A DNA stretch of 64,000 bases from Moniliella sp. 'wahieum'. Taxonomy: Eukaryota. The notes beneath the pieces are model-generated. The model was not told the origin of the DNA and ran no database searches. It saw only the letters and a program-made list of their open reading frames with translations. Made by a program: the position numbers and the translations under genes. The stretch is taken from the NCBI GenBank assembly GCA_003971905.1, contig RSEE01000039.1:496001-560000 (forward strand), written 5' to 3'. This document shows positions 47,688 through 59,597 of the stretch, piece by piece. The first letter of the stretch is position 1. Every line of letters starts with the position of its first letter.

Positions 47688-48748
47688 GCTGGTGGTGCGT
47701 GGGGCTAGGGGGAATGAGGTGAACGGTGAAGGCGACCCGCAGTCGCCTGGGCGGTAGCTTACTTAGACGGAGGTTGGAGCGTGGCAAAATTCTGGACGCA
47801 CCTGCGGCCTGGCACCTGGCACGTTGACTACCAACCAGTAATAGTAACCAGCAGCCAGCAGCTAGCAGCTGGCGACCACGTAACAATTTCAAAACCCAGT
47901 CCCACCCCCCCGCCTCGTTCCGCATTCAGGGGCGGAATGAGGATGAATCCTGGCCTCCACGGAGAACGTTACTGCGCCTCCCCAAATGGGTTCCCCGCGC
48001 CGGCACAATTTTTTCGTTCTTCCTCCTCATCGCCTTTGCCGCCTTTTCTTCATCGTCTTCGGCTGCAGCCTTTCTCCTTTCGCCTTTCGCCCTTTGCCCT
48101 TTCTCCCTTTTGTTCGCCTGCCCATGCTCGTTTAGGTATGTGTTCTCTGCTCCAACCTCCCTCTTCCTTTCTGGGATGAGAAACATTGATACACACTGAA
48201 GAGTCCGAGGCCTTCTTTTGAGGCCTGTGCGGACCCATCATTAGCGCTATCTGAATTATGCCCAACTACGTGAAAGGAAGGCTGTGTACTGACTTTCGAT
48301 CTGCTTCAGTTCCTCTTCTCCAGTGTGGGCCAGTTGTGTGAGCCGGCCGGTGAGTTCTCTGGTAAGTTCTGTTCTCTTCGTTTGTGTTGTTATGCCTTGT
48401 TTCTCCCTCATGCTTTACTTGGAGCGTGGCTAGTAGCACACATGTAGTTGCTTGAGGGCCTGTTGAGCCAGTGAGGTCGAAGAAAGAGAGCCAATACGAA
48501 ACTGCACTGTTGCCAGGGGCTGCTGGTAAAAAATGGCGACACTTAATTGCTCGGCGCCGGAACCCTAGCACGCGTTTGCACCGTCTTGCTCCCATCGGTC
48601 TTGGTCTTGGACTGGGCAACCAAAACCATCACGACGGCGAGGCAACAACAAGCGGAAGGCACGCGACGCGTCTACATCACCGTCGGTGCCAACCGCGTTA
48701 CGTTGCATACGTCCGTTTTCGTCTCCTCTTATCTCCGTACCCCCCACC

Positions 48749-50011
48749 ATGGTCCTCCGCGGATCCAGCAAAGCGGATGGTACGTCTGCTTGCGTCGCGC
48801 TCCACGGCACTTCTGTACTGACCCCTGGCTTGCAGAGGATGTACAGCTGTGGGCTACGATTCGCAACCAGCTGCGCGAAATTGATGAGCTGCAGGATCGA
48901 ATCCAGCCCCTGCAGGAGGAATATGAGCGGGCCCATAATCCCACCGTCAAGTCCGAACGTTCCTTGGACGAGATACGGGAAGACCTGAACCCTCTGCTGG
49001 TGCGTGCCCACGACCTGTCGGAAAACACGATGGAGAAGGTGGATATCCTCCAGGCTCTCCTAACTTCCACGGGGGACGAGTTTGATTCGGGACGCAAACG
49101 AAGGAGGGTGGAAGCCTCGTCGCCGGGACCGACGATCTTGTCCACCTCTAGCCGTAAGGCTTCCCCCCTCTCTCCCCCCAGGCCGATAAGCCCGAGAAGA
49201 AGAAAGTGTATCGCCGCGCCCCGGCGGGCAAGGGCGTGACCAGCGCCGGCACCACAGCCGTTCCCACCAACACCGCCAACACCCTCTCCTCCTTTGGCGG
49301 CTGGACCGATCCGGCTAGGTCACGCAGGGAACAGCTCAGCTCCCAACTGCCGCTTCGCAAGGGAAGAAAGGTTGCTTTCCGCCAACCGTTGAATAAGAGC
49401 GACTCTCACGCCCCGACGACGGCGAAACGTGGATCATGGCCACCGTGCTCGAATGTATCAACAACGATCGCAATCGCTATGTGGTCAAGGATGCGGATCC
49501 TGATATGAGTTCGTCCCCCCCCTCCCTCCCCTGCACCTCTCCACGGCGTACTGGTGGATGTACGTTGGCTGACATGACATTGCATCAGGACAACATACAA
49601 TACGACCCTCAAGGCCATTGTGCCTTTGCCCGAGTCGTCCGAAACGCTGCCCACCAAAGACTATGTCGTGGGCCAAGACGTGTTGGCAGTCTATCCCGAC
49701 ACCTCCTGCTTCTACCGTGCGACCGTGCGCGGTGGGGGACCCGGACTGAAAGGAACTGAAAAGGTACGTTGGCTGGCCCCGCTGTGCTGCGCGCTTCCCG
49801 CTGCTGGTCTTTGCGGGCAAGAGAAAAAGGGGGGAACCGCAAAGGTCGCTATACAGAGAGAAAACTGACCCTCGCCTAACCCTCGGCATCGCAGCTCCGC
49901 AAAGTGTCTCCCGATTTGCTCAACATCCCGTACCAACTCGCGTTTGAGGACGACGACGACGATGTCAAGTCCGTCCCGGCCTACCTGGTGGTGGAGCGTC
50001 CCAGGGTGTAA
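48749..50011 (+). CDS. SGF29: SAGA-associated factor 29 (tandem Tudor)
   Basis: N-terminal coiled coil; QLPLRKGRKVAFRQP; WIMATV..RYVVKDADP; VLAVYPDTSCFYRATV; YQLAFEDDDD..VPAYLVVE. Confidence 0.92.
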
Positions 50012-51113
50012 TGGGTAATGGGTAATGGGCAATGGGCGCGCGTCTCCCCCGACTCTCCGATCCGGTTTGACGATTATCTTGCTCTCGTGTATGCTTCGCA
50101 ACGGACTTGCTCAATCCGCCTGACTGCCTGGCGCACCCATAGCGCACGGGAGGCACTTGTACAACTGTCGGTGGTCCGACTGGGGCGGCAGAGTGCCTGT
50201 ATAGTTACGACACCCTACCTACTCCAGGGAGACAACGGAGAGTGTATTTGTTACGGGGGACTGGTGCAATGATTTGGGATTGTCTCCGGACGCAATGCCC
50301 CCCATGTCGCATAGACTTCTCACTCAAAACACACGCCAGTCCCGTATGATCCGTCAGACGAGCGAGAGAGTCAGGAGGCAACTACTGCATCGACGGTGCT
50401 GCGCATATCCTCCGCGCGCCCGGCTAGGGCCACATGCGATCATCGGTACGATGCTTACTACCCTTTGCGTCCAGTCTCGACAGAACCCTTCACCTGGGTT
50501 CGCCTTTCTCTCTCTGCAAAGTTCCCACGTCCTGTTCATACCTGCCTTGATCAGCGCGATCCTCCAGTGTATACGCAGCCTTATTGTCGGAGGCGTGTCA
50601 GCTGTCGTCGGCCTTATCGTCCATCTTGCTGCGTAGTACCAACTAGACCAACCCCTTCCCAACCCTGGCCAGCACTTTGGCTACCCTTGCACCTTCTCCG
50701 GCAGTGGTTGCTCTTAGGCGGATGGTCGTTCCAATTCGATTGAAGGCTTGTAGTTAGGAATGCGTCCCATCTCGGGGCCAAGACAGGAGTGTGGTATTAC
50801 AGCGCTGCGAAACCAGCGGGGGCGCCCTTGCGGCCATTAACCAGTGCCTCTTCAGGAGGCAGCGCGAGATGCGACGGACGCAACCAATTTTCTTGGCTCG
50901 GGCTGGGGGCCTTGCATGTGCGATGCTCAGACGGCGGGCGGAGCGCTGCGTGCTGCGCACACGGCGTCTTCAAAGACTGAATCCCAGACGGGGCGCACTG
51001 GGGCCGCTGACGTCAGCGCGGGGTGCGGTCTGTGCGGCGGGCCCGATTGGGTCGCACAGACAAGCGCCGCCGCCCGCCGCCGCTCTCCCGCCAAGTGCGA
51101 GATCAGGGCCACA

Positions 51114-52698
51114 ATGAGCGGCGAGCAGTGCCACGTCGCCCACGACTGGTTCGGCTCCTTCATCGGCGTTTCCTCCTCACCGGCCTCGCCGTCTCCTACC
51201 TCCCCCAGCTCTTGCGCATCATCCTTGCCCGGAACTCCTGGGCCTCTCCCCCTGGTTCCTGCCTCGGCACCACGTCCTCCGCCTCGGGCTTCTTCAACTC
51301 CTTACCCTCCAGTGGGGTGTTGTGCGCTGCTGCCCCACCCTTGGCACAGGCCTCTGCCTCGAAGGCCTGCTCGGCGTCTTCCAGGTCGGCCTCCAGTGGC
51401 TGCTGCTGCTGAGCGTGTATGTGTGCCCTCCTTTGCTGTGGTCTACGTATCTGTGCTGACACACCACGCCCCGCAGCTTTGGCCTCTATCTCTACTATTA
51501 CCCAGAGGAGGAGCGTTACGAGCACGCGGTGGCCTTGGACGAGGAGGACCAGGCATCCGGCGACGGCTCCGAAGACGAGTCCGAGGACAGTGGGGTCCAG
51601 TCGGCGGAGCAGACGCCCAGCCCGTCTACCATTGCCCGCTTCACCGATGCTGAGCTCAGGCGGAAGAAGACGAGGTCAGCAGCAGCGCTTTCGCCCGTCG
51701 TGCCCAGTTTTTGGCCCATGTGGAAAGCTCCTCAACGTGGTCGTGCCCCGCCAGGTCCATCCCCGCTCGGACGCCCGCCGGCTACCCCGCCCGTACGGCA
51801 GGGAGCCGACGGCTCCCTTCAACCCATCGGCGCTTCCTCTGGTATCATCTCCCATTCGGCTTCGGCTTCGGCCTCGGCTTCGGCTTCGGCCTCGGCTTCG
51901 GCTTCGACTTCAGCTGTGGCGACCCCCCCATCCCAAGGTGCGGCGGTAAAGAAGGTGACGATTGCACCGCTGCCTCCGCGGGCGGGCGTTTCAAGCATGT
52001 TTGGGCTCTGGCGCCAGGAGATCCGGAGCAAGTGGCGGACCAAGACCCCCGAATGGGCCTTGGCCACCGCCTTGGCTTGGGTGGCGGCCATCCATTTCGT
52101 CTTTTGTTTCCTGGTGACCTTCATTCTTGTCTTGTCGCTGCCAGGGAGTGCGTTCCCTATCCCTGCCGACCCGTCGCTCCCTGCGCCTCTGCCGCCCGCC
52201 TTTGTGCCCAAGGGGATGAGTCCCAGCAAACTGCTGCATGGCTGGGCGACGTTCCTGGGAGTGAGTGGCACCCTGCTGGCCATGGCGCAGTACTTTCCGC
52301 AGCTACTCTACACCTTCTCCCATCGCATCGTCGGCTCTCTCTCGATCCCCACCATGCTCATCCAGACACCAGGCACGGCGGTGTTTATCTACTCGCTCAT
52401 GATCCGGCCGGGTGTGAACTGGACGAGCCTGCTGTCGTACTGCTGCACCGGTGTTCTGCAGGGCACCCTCCTTGTCCTCTGCATCTGCTTCAAGTTCCGC
52501 CAAGCCAGCCTCGGCATCGACGACTTTGGCCACCCGCTCCTCCCGCCGGGGGCGAGGAGGAGGAGGAGACACTGCCCGCTGTGTTGGCGGCGGCGCAGGG
52601 GCGGTCGGAGGAGCAGGTGCCGCCGGCGCCAGCGGAGGAGTAGGAGGAGCGCTGTGTGCTGGAGGGAGGGGGGCACGAAGCTCTGTCCCGAGGTGTAG
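51114..52698 (+). CDS. PQ-loop membrane protein
   Basis: GLAVSYLPQLLRII..NSW; WATFLGVSGTLLAMAQYFPQL..VGSLSIPTMLIQTPG..RPGVNWTS. Confidence 0.9.
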
Positions 52699-52921
52699 CC
52701 GCCGTCGGCGCGGCGCGGAATAGAATAACCCAGCCAATGGATTGCGCAGACAGGCTGTACATATGTATATCCCATCCCACAGTCGCAGCGCATAAATAAT
52801 TACTCGTCAGCCAGACCCGGTGGAGTCTGCCGTGGGCGCTCCTTCTGTGCCTCCACCTCCACCAACCTCACCTCCCGGGCCCGCCGAGCCAAGGCGCGTG
52901 CTGGTGCAGCCAACACCGACC

Positions 52922-55642
52922 ATGGCTCCGGCGGTGTCCGCGCCGCTGTACAGCCCACAGGCAACGCAGGCGGCGGCCTATGCGGCGGAGAATGCGCTGG
53001 TCCAGCGCGTGCTCCAGCTCCCGCCTCACACCTTTCGCGGCCGCAGCGGCGTGCCCTCCGTCCCTCCCCTCCTGCCAATCGCCCAGCTGCCCCCGCTCTT
53101 GGCTCACCGCGATGGCGCCGCGCCGCTGGACGAGGGCCTCATCGCACTCGACCACGAGCTGCAGACGCTCTTTGCCGTGCTTCTCCACCGCCTTGTCCTC
53201 CCCTGGCACCGCCCGCTCACCCCCGAACGTGGCCTGTGCCAGGAAGCCCACACCCTCGTCGCCCACCTCACAACCCGCATCCTCTCCCGCTTCCCTCCTA
53301 ACGGTGGCGGCAGCTGGCCCCAGCTCTACACGCTGCTCGCCTCCGAACTCCCCTCTCTCGTCCAGAGCCACTGGACTACCTATCGCGCCCCCCTCCCGCC
53401 GCGCGGGAGCGACTGGGGCAACTTGATCTTCTCACCCGTCCTCATCCCGGCATCCGCCTGCCCAGTGGATGCAGCCCACTCGCGCCTGTCTATGTGCGAG
53501 CCTTGGTGGAACAAGTCCTCATTTCCACCCTAGAGCAGGAGGAGACACAGTCGCAAATCGTCTTGTTTCTCCTCAGGGACATCTTTACTTCGGCCCTCCT
53601 GATGGGACTCAATGGGGCCAGGCCCGTTTTCTGGGCAACCGCGCTTCACTCCATCTTGGATGCACTCCAGACGCTCTTGGGCAACATGATTCAAGCATAC
53701 CGTCCTCCCCCGGCCAAGAAGCGGAAGGTGGCTGGCCTGGCTGTGACAGGAATCACTCTCCTCTCCTGGGTGGTGAGCTGGGTTGCTTTGGTTGGCCAAC
53801 TTGTCTGTGGCTCCTGTTTGTTCCTTTCTTCCTTCCTCTAACGTGCGAGACCTCTATCGCTGTGCCAGGATCGTTCCCTGAAGACACGTTGGGGCCAGCA
53901 CCGCTATCAACGCATCCTCTCCTCCTGTTTCTGCCCCTGCTTCGCCCCCTGTCATACCTGGAGCTGAAGGCGCTGCGCTGCGGGCGTATGTGACGGCGTT
54001 GGACGATGCGCTAGATTTGCGTCGCACTGTCCTCGGCTCTCTTCTCTCCCTCGTGCTCCGCGTTGTCATGGCCTTCTCCGCCGGCGCCTCGAGAGCTGGG
54101 TGACGTCCCACCTTGCGCGTGTGCTTACAATCCCACAACTCACCTACCTTCTCCGTTCCATTCGCACCGCCGCCCTGCCCTTGGACAAAGATGATCTGCC
54201 CCCGGGTTTCCGGACCCGGTCCAACCGCCTGACTTTGTGCGTCAGGCCGCCGAACGACGCAGTTGGTCCACCCTGCCCGACCATGCGGCCGATGCCTTCT
54301 TCTCGTTTGTGCTGTACGTCGTGGTGCTGGGTCAAGCCTCCTTGCCCCTGTACCCGCTCCCGCCCAGTGTGTGGGTCGCTGCCCAGTCCTACACCGCGGC
54401 GGGGGGAAAGCTGTACTCGTACCCTGTGCGCGACGTTACTGCCAACCCAGTCTACCTCCCGCCGCCTCCTCGGCAGGCGCCCACATGGACACCCCCTTAC
54501 TGGCTCGCGCTTGCATCAAGCTGTCCGTACTGGAGCGCGCCACGCGCTTGCGCCCCTCTGTGCCCCCGATGCCAGCCCGCTCGATACCCGTCTGGCATTG
54601 ACCCTGACTGAGCGCGTGGCAGCGGTGCTGGAGCCTGGCCTGCTCGCCTCTTCGCTTGCCTCATCACCTTTGACCCTTTCTGGCCCCCCTCTTCCCATCC
54701 AGGCTACCGTCGCCGACAACGAAGGTCAAGACAATGGTGGGGACACGGGTGAGCGTCGGACGCCGCGCCACGTAGTGAGCAAGTCCAGTTCCAGCTCGCT
54801 CGTGTCGCTCTCCCGCGTCCAGCTGCAGGGAGGCAAACCGACTGCACCGGCCGTTTCAGGTGTGGCAGTGAGTCGGTCCGATTCGGCAGGCCCGCCAGTG
54901 TCCTCCGTTGGACCAACTTTGGGGCTGGGAAGCACAACACCTGAGCCGGAGAAGACGATGGTGTTCCCAGAGGCTCCTGTTGCGTACTCCCCCGCCCCAC
55001 GTCCACTATCGCAAGCCCGAACGACCATCTTACCCCTCTCGTACGCATCTGCCTCCGTCGCGTTCCCCGTGCCCGTTACTATCGTACCGGAGCCCGAGGT
55101 GCGCGAGCGCGAGATCAAGCGCATCGAGCTGCCGGCCTCCGCGCCTCGCGCCCACCCGCATCGTGAATTTTCAGGCGGGACTGTCGGCCTAGAGGGCATC
55201 CCTGAGACCGCACCGCATTCTCCCGCGCACTCGGGTACGAGCAACGGAACGTTTGGCGAACGCGTCTTTCGCCCGGCCACTTTTCTACCCGCTCTCTCAC
55301 CGCTCTCGTTTCCCCGCCCGCCGTTGCCTCCACTGCCGCCACGGCCAACTTGACCCCCATCTTGGGCGGCGCACGGCGCGATCTGCAGCGCCACAATTCT
55401 AGCTCTGCTACTCTTTGCCCACCCAGAGTACCCCCCTCAGCGTTTGCTTTCGCTCGCTGAACAGCCTGGCTCTGACCCCCCTCCCCAGGTGCTGGCCAGC
55501 GACAAAATGCGCAAGTCTACTTCTTCTTTCTCGTTGGGATTTTTGTAACTGGTACCCGTGGCCTTGCGCCGCCTCGGGTGGCACCGGGTGCCGAGACATT
55601 GAAAATCTATACCATCATGTTCTCCTGCTTGGCCCTGCGTAG
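52922..55642 (+). CDS. PXA-domain protein (Pxa1/sorting-nexin-like), frameshifted
   Basis: LDHELQTLFAVLLHRLVLPWHRPLTPE; YVRALVEQVL..EETQSQIVLFLLRDI. Boundaries uncertain. Confidence 0.6.
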
Positions 55643-55764
55643 TGCCCCTGGGCAGGTGGTATGGGCGACAAGGACCTCGTAAGCTGAGGAATGAGATCGT
55701 TGGCTGCCTCCGCCTGAAAGGACCCGAGACAGGGTGGTGAGATGGGCACGACGGATGCTGCGAG

Positions 55765-56172
55765 TCAGTGGTCTGGTACGGGGATGTCCGCCTCGGCGTC
55801 GTTGTCCTTGTCTTTGTCCTTGTCCTTATCCTTGTCCGTCTCCTGCTCCTGCCTCTCCCATGTATAGTCGCGCTCGACACGGCAGATGCGAGTGGTGTAG
55901 GTTTGGTACCAGGCGTCGCGTCCGCGCTGCTGGGCAATGGCGTGGGTGGCATGTTGGCGCCACTGCGCGATGGCGTCGAGAGACGACCAGTAGGAAACCG
56001 TGATCCCCAACGCCTCCTCCCGCGCCGATTCGACACCGAGAAAGCCTGGCTGGCGCTGCGCCAGCCTGATCATGGCCTGCGCCATCGTCTCGTATCCCAC
56101 CTCGACGTCCGTCCGCACCGAGCTGAAGATCACGGCGTAGTACGGCGCGGGAGGCGTGGAGGCAATGGCCAT
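55765..56172 (-). CDS. Antibiotic biosynthesis monooxygenase (ABM) domain protein, bacterial type
   Basis: Intact intronless ORF: TPPAPYYAVIFSS..GYETMAQAM..LAQRQPGFLGVESARE..GITVSYWSSLDAIAQWR..H..AQQRGR..WY..RICRVERDY. Confidence 0.92.
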   Translation of the reverse strand: MAIASTPPAPYYAVIFSSVRTDVEVGYETMAQAMIRLAQRQPGFLGVESAREEALGITVSYWSSLDAIAQWRQHATHAIAQQRGRDAWYQTYTTRICRVERDYTWERQEQETDKDKDKDKDKDNDAEADIPVPDH

Positions 56173-56698
56173 GCTTGCGTGTGGAGGATGGGCTGGGGGG
56201 GGTGTTGGATGGGTTGCTGGGCGGGGTTCGGGGTATAAGTTGGCAGCTGAATGTGGGGCTGTCGAGTCATGAGTTACTAGTTACAAAGGATGGAGCAACC
56301 ACAACCTATCAATTAGGAACCACGGCGGCTGGCAGATCTGAAATTGCGGCTGGTGCGCACGGCACCTCAACACGGGCAGTGTCTTCGATGCGCGCGGGCC
56401 AGCGGGAGGTGCTAGAGGGGCGTCCAACGGCGGCCAGAAGAGGCGGCAAGGTGGCCAGCAGACCAGCGAGCGTGGCGGCGGCGCAGAGACACGCAGCACA
56501 CCCACCCACACCCAGGATGGACCGGGGAAACAACAAGTTAACCGTTAAGTGCGCACCGCACGGCCACCGCGCCAGATAGCCAAGCTCTCATCACCTCCAC
56601 GTCACATCGCTCCTTCCTGTCCCACCTCCAGCCACCTCCACCTCCATCACCACCACCACCTCCTCCTCCACCGACGCCCATCCCGTTGACGCGAGCCG

Positions 56699-59261
56699 AT
56701 GAGCGCGCAAGCCTGGTCGCTGGACAAGTGGCTGCCCAGCATGCCCCTCTGGACGACGCTCAGCGCAGTCGGCCGCTCGATTAGCCACATGGCAGAGCAA
56801 GCGCCCCAGCGGTGGCATCAGCTCCCGTCGCCTCCTCTTTCTCCCGCCCCAGTGGCCAAACTGCAGCCGGGGGTAGAGGTCGAGGCTGAGGCTGGGGCTG
56901 AGGCAGGCGCTAAGCGTGCTGCCGATGCCATCCCCCAGATTCCACCAGACGCCGACCCAGACCAGACTGATGTCCACTCGTCTGCCCTGTCTCTACCCGC
57001 CCAGGCCGACTCACCCGCCGCGCTCTCCCACTGGCTTGACGCGCTCCGGTCCCATGAGCGGGCTGCGCGCGAGGCGCAACTATCGGCGTCGCTCCAGAAG
57101 GTCGCCGACACTCCAGTGGGCTGAGAGTGTGCTGAGCACGGCCCCTCTGAGACGCGGCGGTGCAGACGCTGGCCACCCTCAGCACCAATGTGCGCGCCAG
57201 CACAACCCCCATCCGCGCCTCTTCCTCCGCTGCGGTCGATGCATTGGACCGCCTCGCCGCCCTCACCCAGGGGATCGAGGAACGCAAAACCTACTTTGAC
57301 ATGCTTACTCCCGTTACCCGCCTCCTCTCGGCCCCGTCTCCCGACTTGGCCCTCGTTGCCTCCCCCGAGTTCCTCCAGGCCTGGGACAAGATCGATTCAG
57401 GGCTACGGTTCATGATGGAGCATCCCACCTACTCGGAAGGTGCGCGTTACCACGCTCTTTTCCAGCACTCGGCTGTCCGTGCTGCTGGTCTGACCAGGAT
57501 GTGGCTGGCGCGTTACGCGGCCCACTGGGCCGAAGACGGTGCCCGCGCCCTGTCGCAGGGGGCACTGAGAAAAGGAGATGCTCGAGTCCCCCTGTGGTAG
57601 AAGCGCTCTTTGGGCCCGAGGGAACCAAGGCGCCGTTGGTACGAACGCTGTTTGAGCAACTCGAAGTGCGGGCCAAGGCTCCATCTGACCCATCCTCGGC
57701 CCAAGGGGACAAAATTGGCGTACCGGGGATCCGAGAAGTACTGATGGAGTGTCGTGCAGCGCTCTACTCTGCCCGCGAGGGCCTGCTCGCGCCTGTGCTT
57801 GCCACCCTCTTGAGCGATGTGGTAGCCTCTTCCTTGGCCTCTTCCACCCAACAGGGGAGAACGAACAACGCCTGGCGCCCCTCTGGGCCATCCTCCATTC
57901 TGCTTCCAGTGTTGGACAAGGAGACAGCGGCTGTTTCTGCCCTATTGGACACTACGTCCATCTCCTTTGGAAGGAGAAAGTGCGAAAAGCGCGTTGGACA
58001 CGCATCTCGACCGCATCTTTACAGTTGCTGTGCAGCGGGCTGCCAAACAGGCTCTTCACACCATTGCCCCACCCGGACAGACCAGTGCGGAGGACGTGCT
58101 TCGGACACTGACTCCACTCTTGCGCGAGCTCCTCCAACAGGCCAAGACACTCGCACCACCAATCCGGGGCGTATTCTCCACGTCTATCGCCCCGCCCTTG
58201 GGGAGGTGCGTGGCGTACTCCTTCGTGCGTTGGAGGGCAAAGTACGAGGGATGAGTGGCTACGTACCCAAAGCTGGCGATGGACTACCCTCAACGAATTG
58301 CCGCACGCGTGCCGCGACACTCACGCTCCCTCCCTCGTGTCGAAGGCGCAAGCGCTTGCCCGCCCAGCCACAAGGGGGGGTGAGCATCGGGGGTGCGGGG
58401 GTGCTCGATGCGGCTAATCTGTCGCAGCGTCCTTCGCAAGAGGAAGGCCTGTTCCTCTTGCCCCCGGCGAGGAGGGGGAGACGTTGGGGCCAAACCAAGG
58501 GCACCTGGTACCCACCTTTCAAAACAGGCTTTCTGTTGCTGGCACGGACCTGGGACGTGTTGGACGAGGCGTCGCTGCTCCGTGCGGGGGACCAAGTCTC
58601 GATGGGGGTGCTTCAAGCTCTCAAAGCGGGGCGGCCAGCATGGCATCGGCCAAGGGCGGCACGGCCAAGCTAAGGACGACAGCAGGTGGTCTTGGGCGAC
58701 GCCACCCCTCTTCTGCTGCGTCATGTTTTTGCTCCTCCGGGAGACGGTGGCCAGGTTCACGTGGCAGCGGACCGTGTGAAGGCGGATCCGCTACGGCGCC
58801 TGCTCTACGCCGCTCCCACCCACGAGGAAGAGGCCGCAGCGGCCACTGCTTCGACTGCGGCGGCGGCCCACGGCGACGCCAACTCTGGATCTGGCCTCGG
58901 TTGTGGGCACGCTCAATTCCCTCTGGAGCGGCCGCTTCTGGAGCACTCCAGCCAAGGGCAAGCAGAGGAGGCTGAGCCGGCCGGCCTCGCCGCTGGCGCA
59001 TGGCCCGCTCGAGACAGAGTTGCACTCGATCTCAGCGCGCTTGGTCCAGCGCACATGCGCCCCCTTGCGTCCACCTCGAGGCCGGGCCCTGTGGCCCAGC
59101 ACAGCCTGGACCAGGCGGCAAGCCAGCTGGGCAGTACCTCGACGACGGCCTCGCTCGCCGCACCCTCCTTGTCGCGGCGGCAGAGGAGATGCAGCGGCGT
59201 GGCAGACGCAGGTGCCCTCCCCGACCGGCCCGCTCTCGCGGGGTGGACTATGACGAACTAA
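56699..59261 (+). CDS. COG3: Conserved oligomeric Golgi complex subunit 3 (Sec34), divergent
   Basis: YFDMLTPVTRLLSAP..LVASPEF..DKIDSGLRFMMEHPTYSEGARYHALFQ; ECRAALYSAREGLL; TWYPPF. Several frameshifts. Confidence 0.75.
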
Positions 59262-59597
59262 GCGCAACGCGCTCCCCATTCGCGTGGCCGTAGATGCAGG
59301 TTCACGTTGCTTCCATAGAGCTTGTGTGTTGCGCGAGAAGACACCGCTACGACAAGCAGCCTCCTCCACGCAGATCGGCGCCCAACGCATCCGCCCGCAG
59401 CCTGCCCCAAGCCGGGGGGCAGGCGGGGCGAACGTTTGGGGCGCCACTTGCAGCTTGGGGCGCAGGAGGAGAGGACCATGTCCAATCTCCACTTGCGTTA
59501 TAAGCGAGCTGTCGACATCGCTTTCCCTTTTTCTTGGGGGTGTTTGGTCTGGCGACTAGGCTGGACTTCATGCTTCCTCAATTCGCCACCACCACAC

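Noticed and set aside
48250..48300. TPP riboswitch or RNase P-like fragment (GAAAGGAAGG)
   Set aside because: The other conserved motifs are absent.
51855..51907. (GCTTCG)n repeat
   Set aside because: An ordinary coding Ser-Ala microsatellite within the PQ-loop gene.
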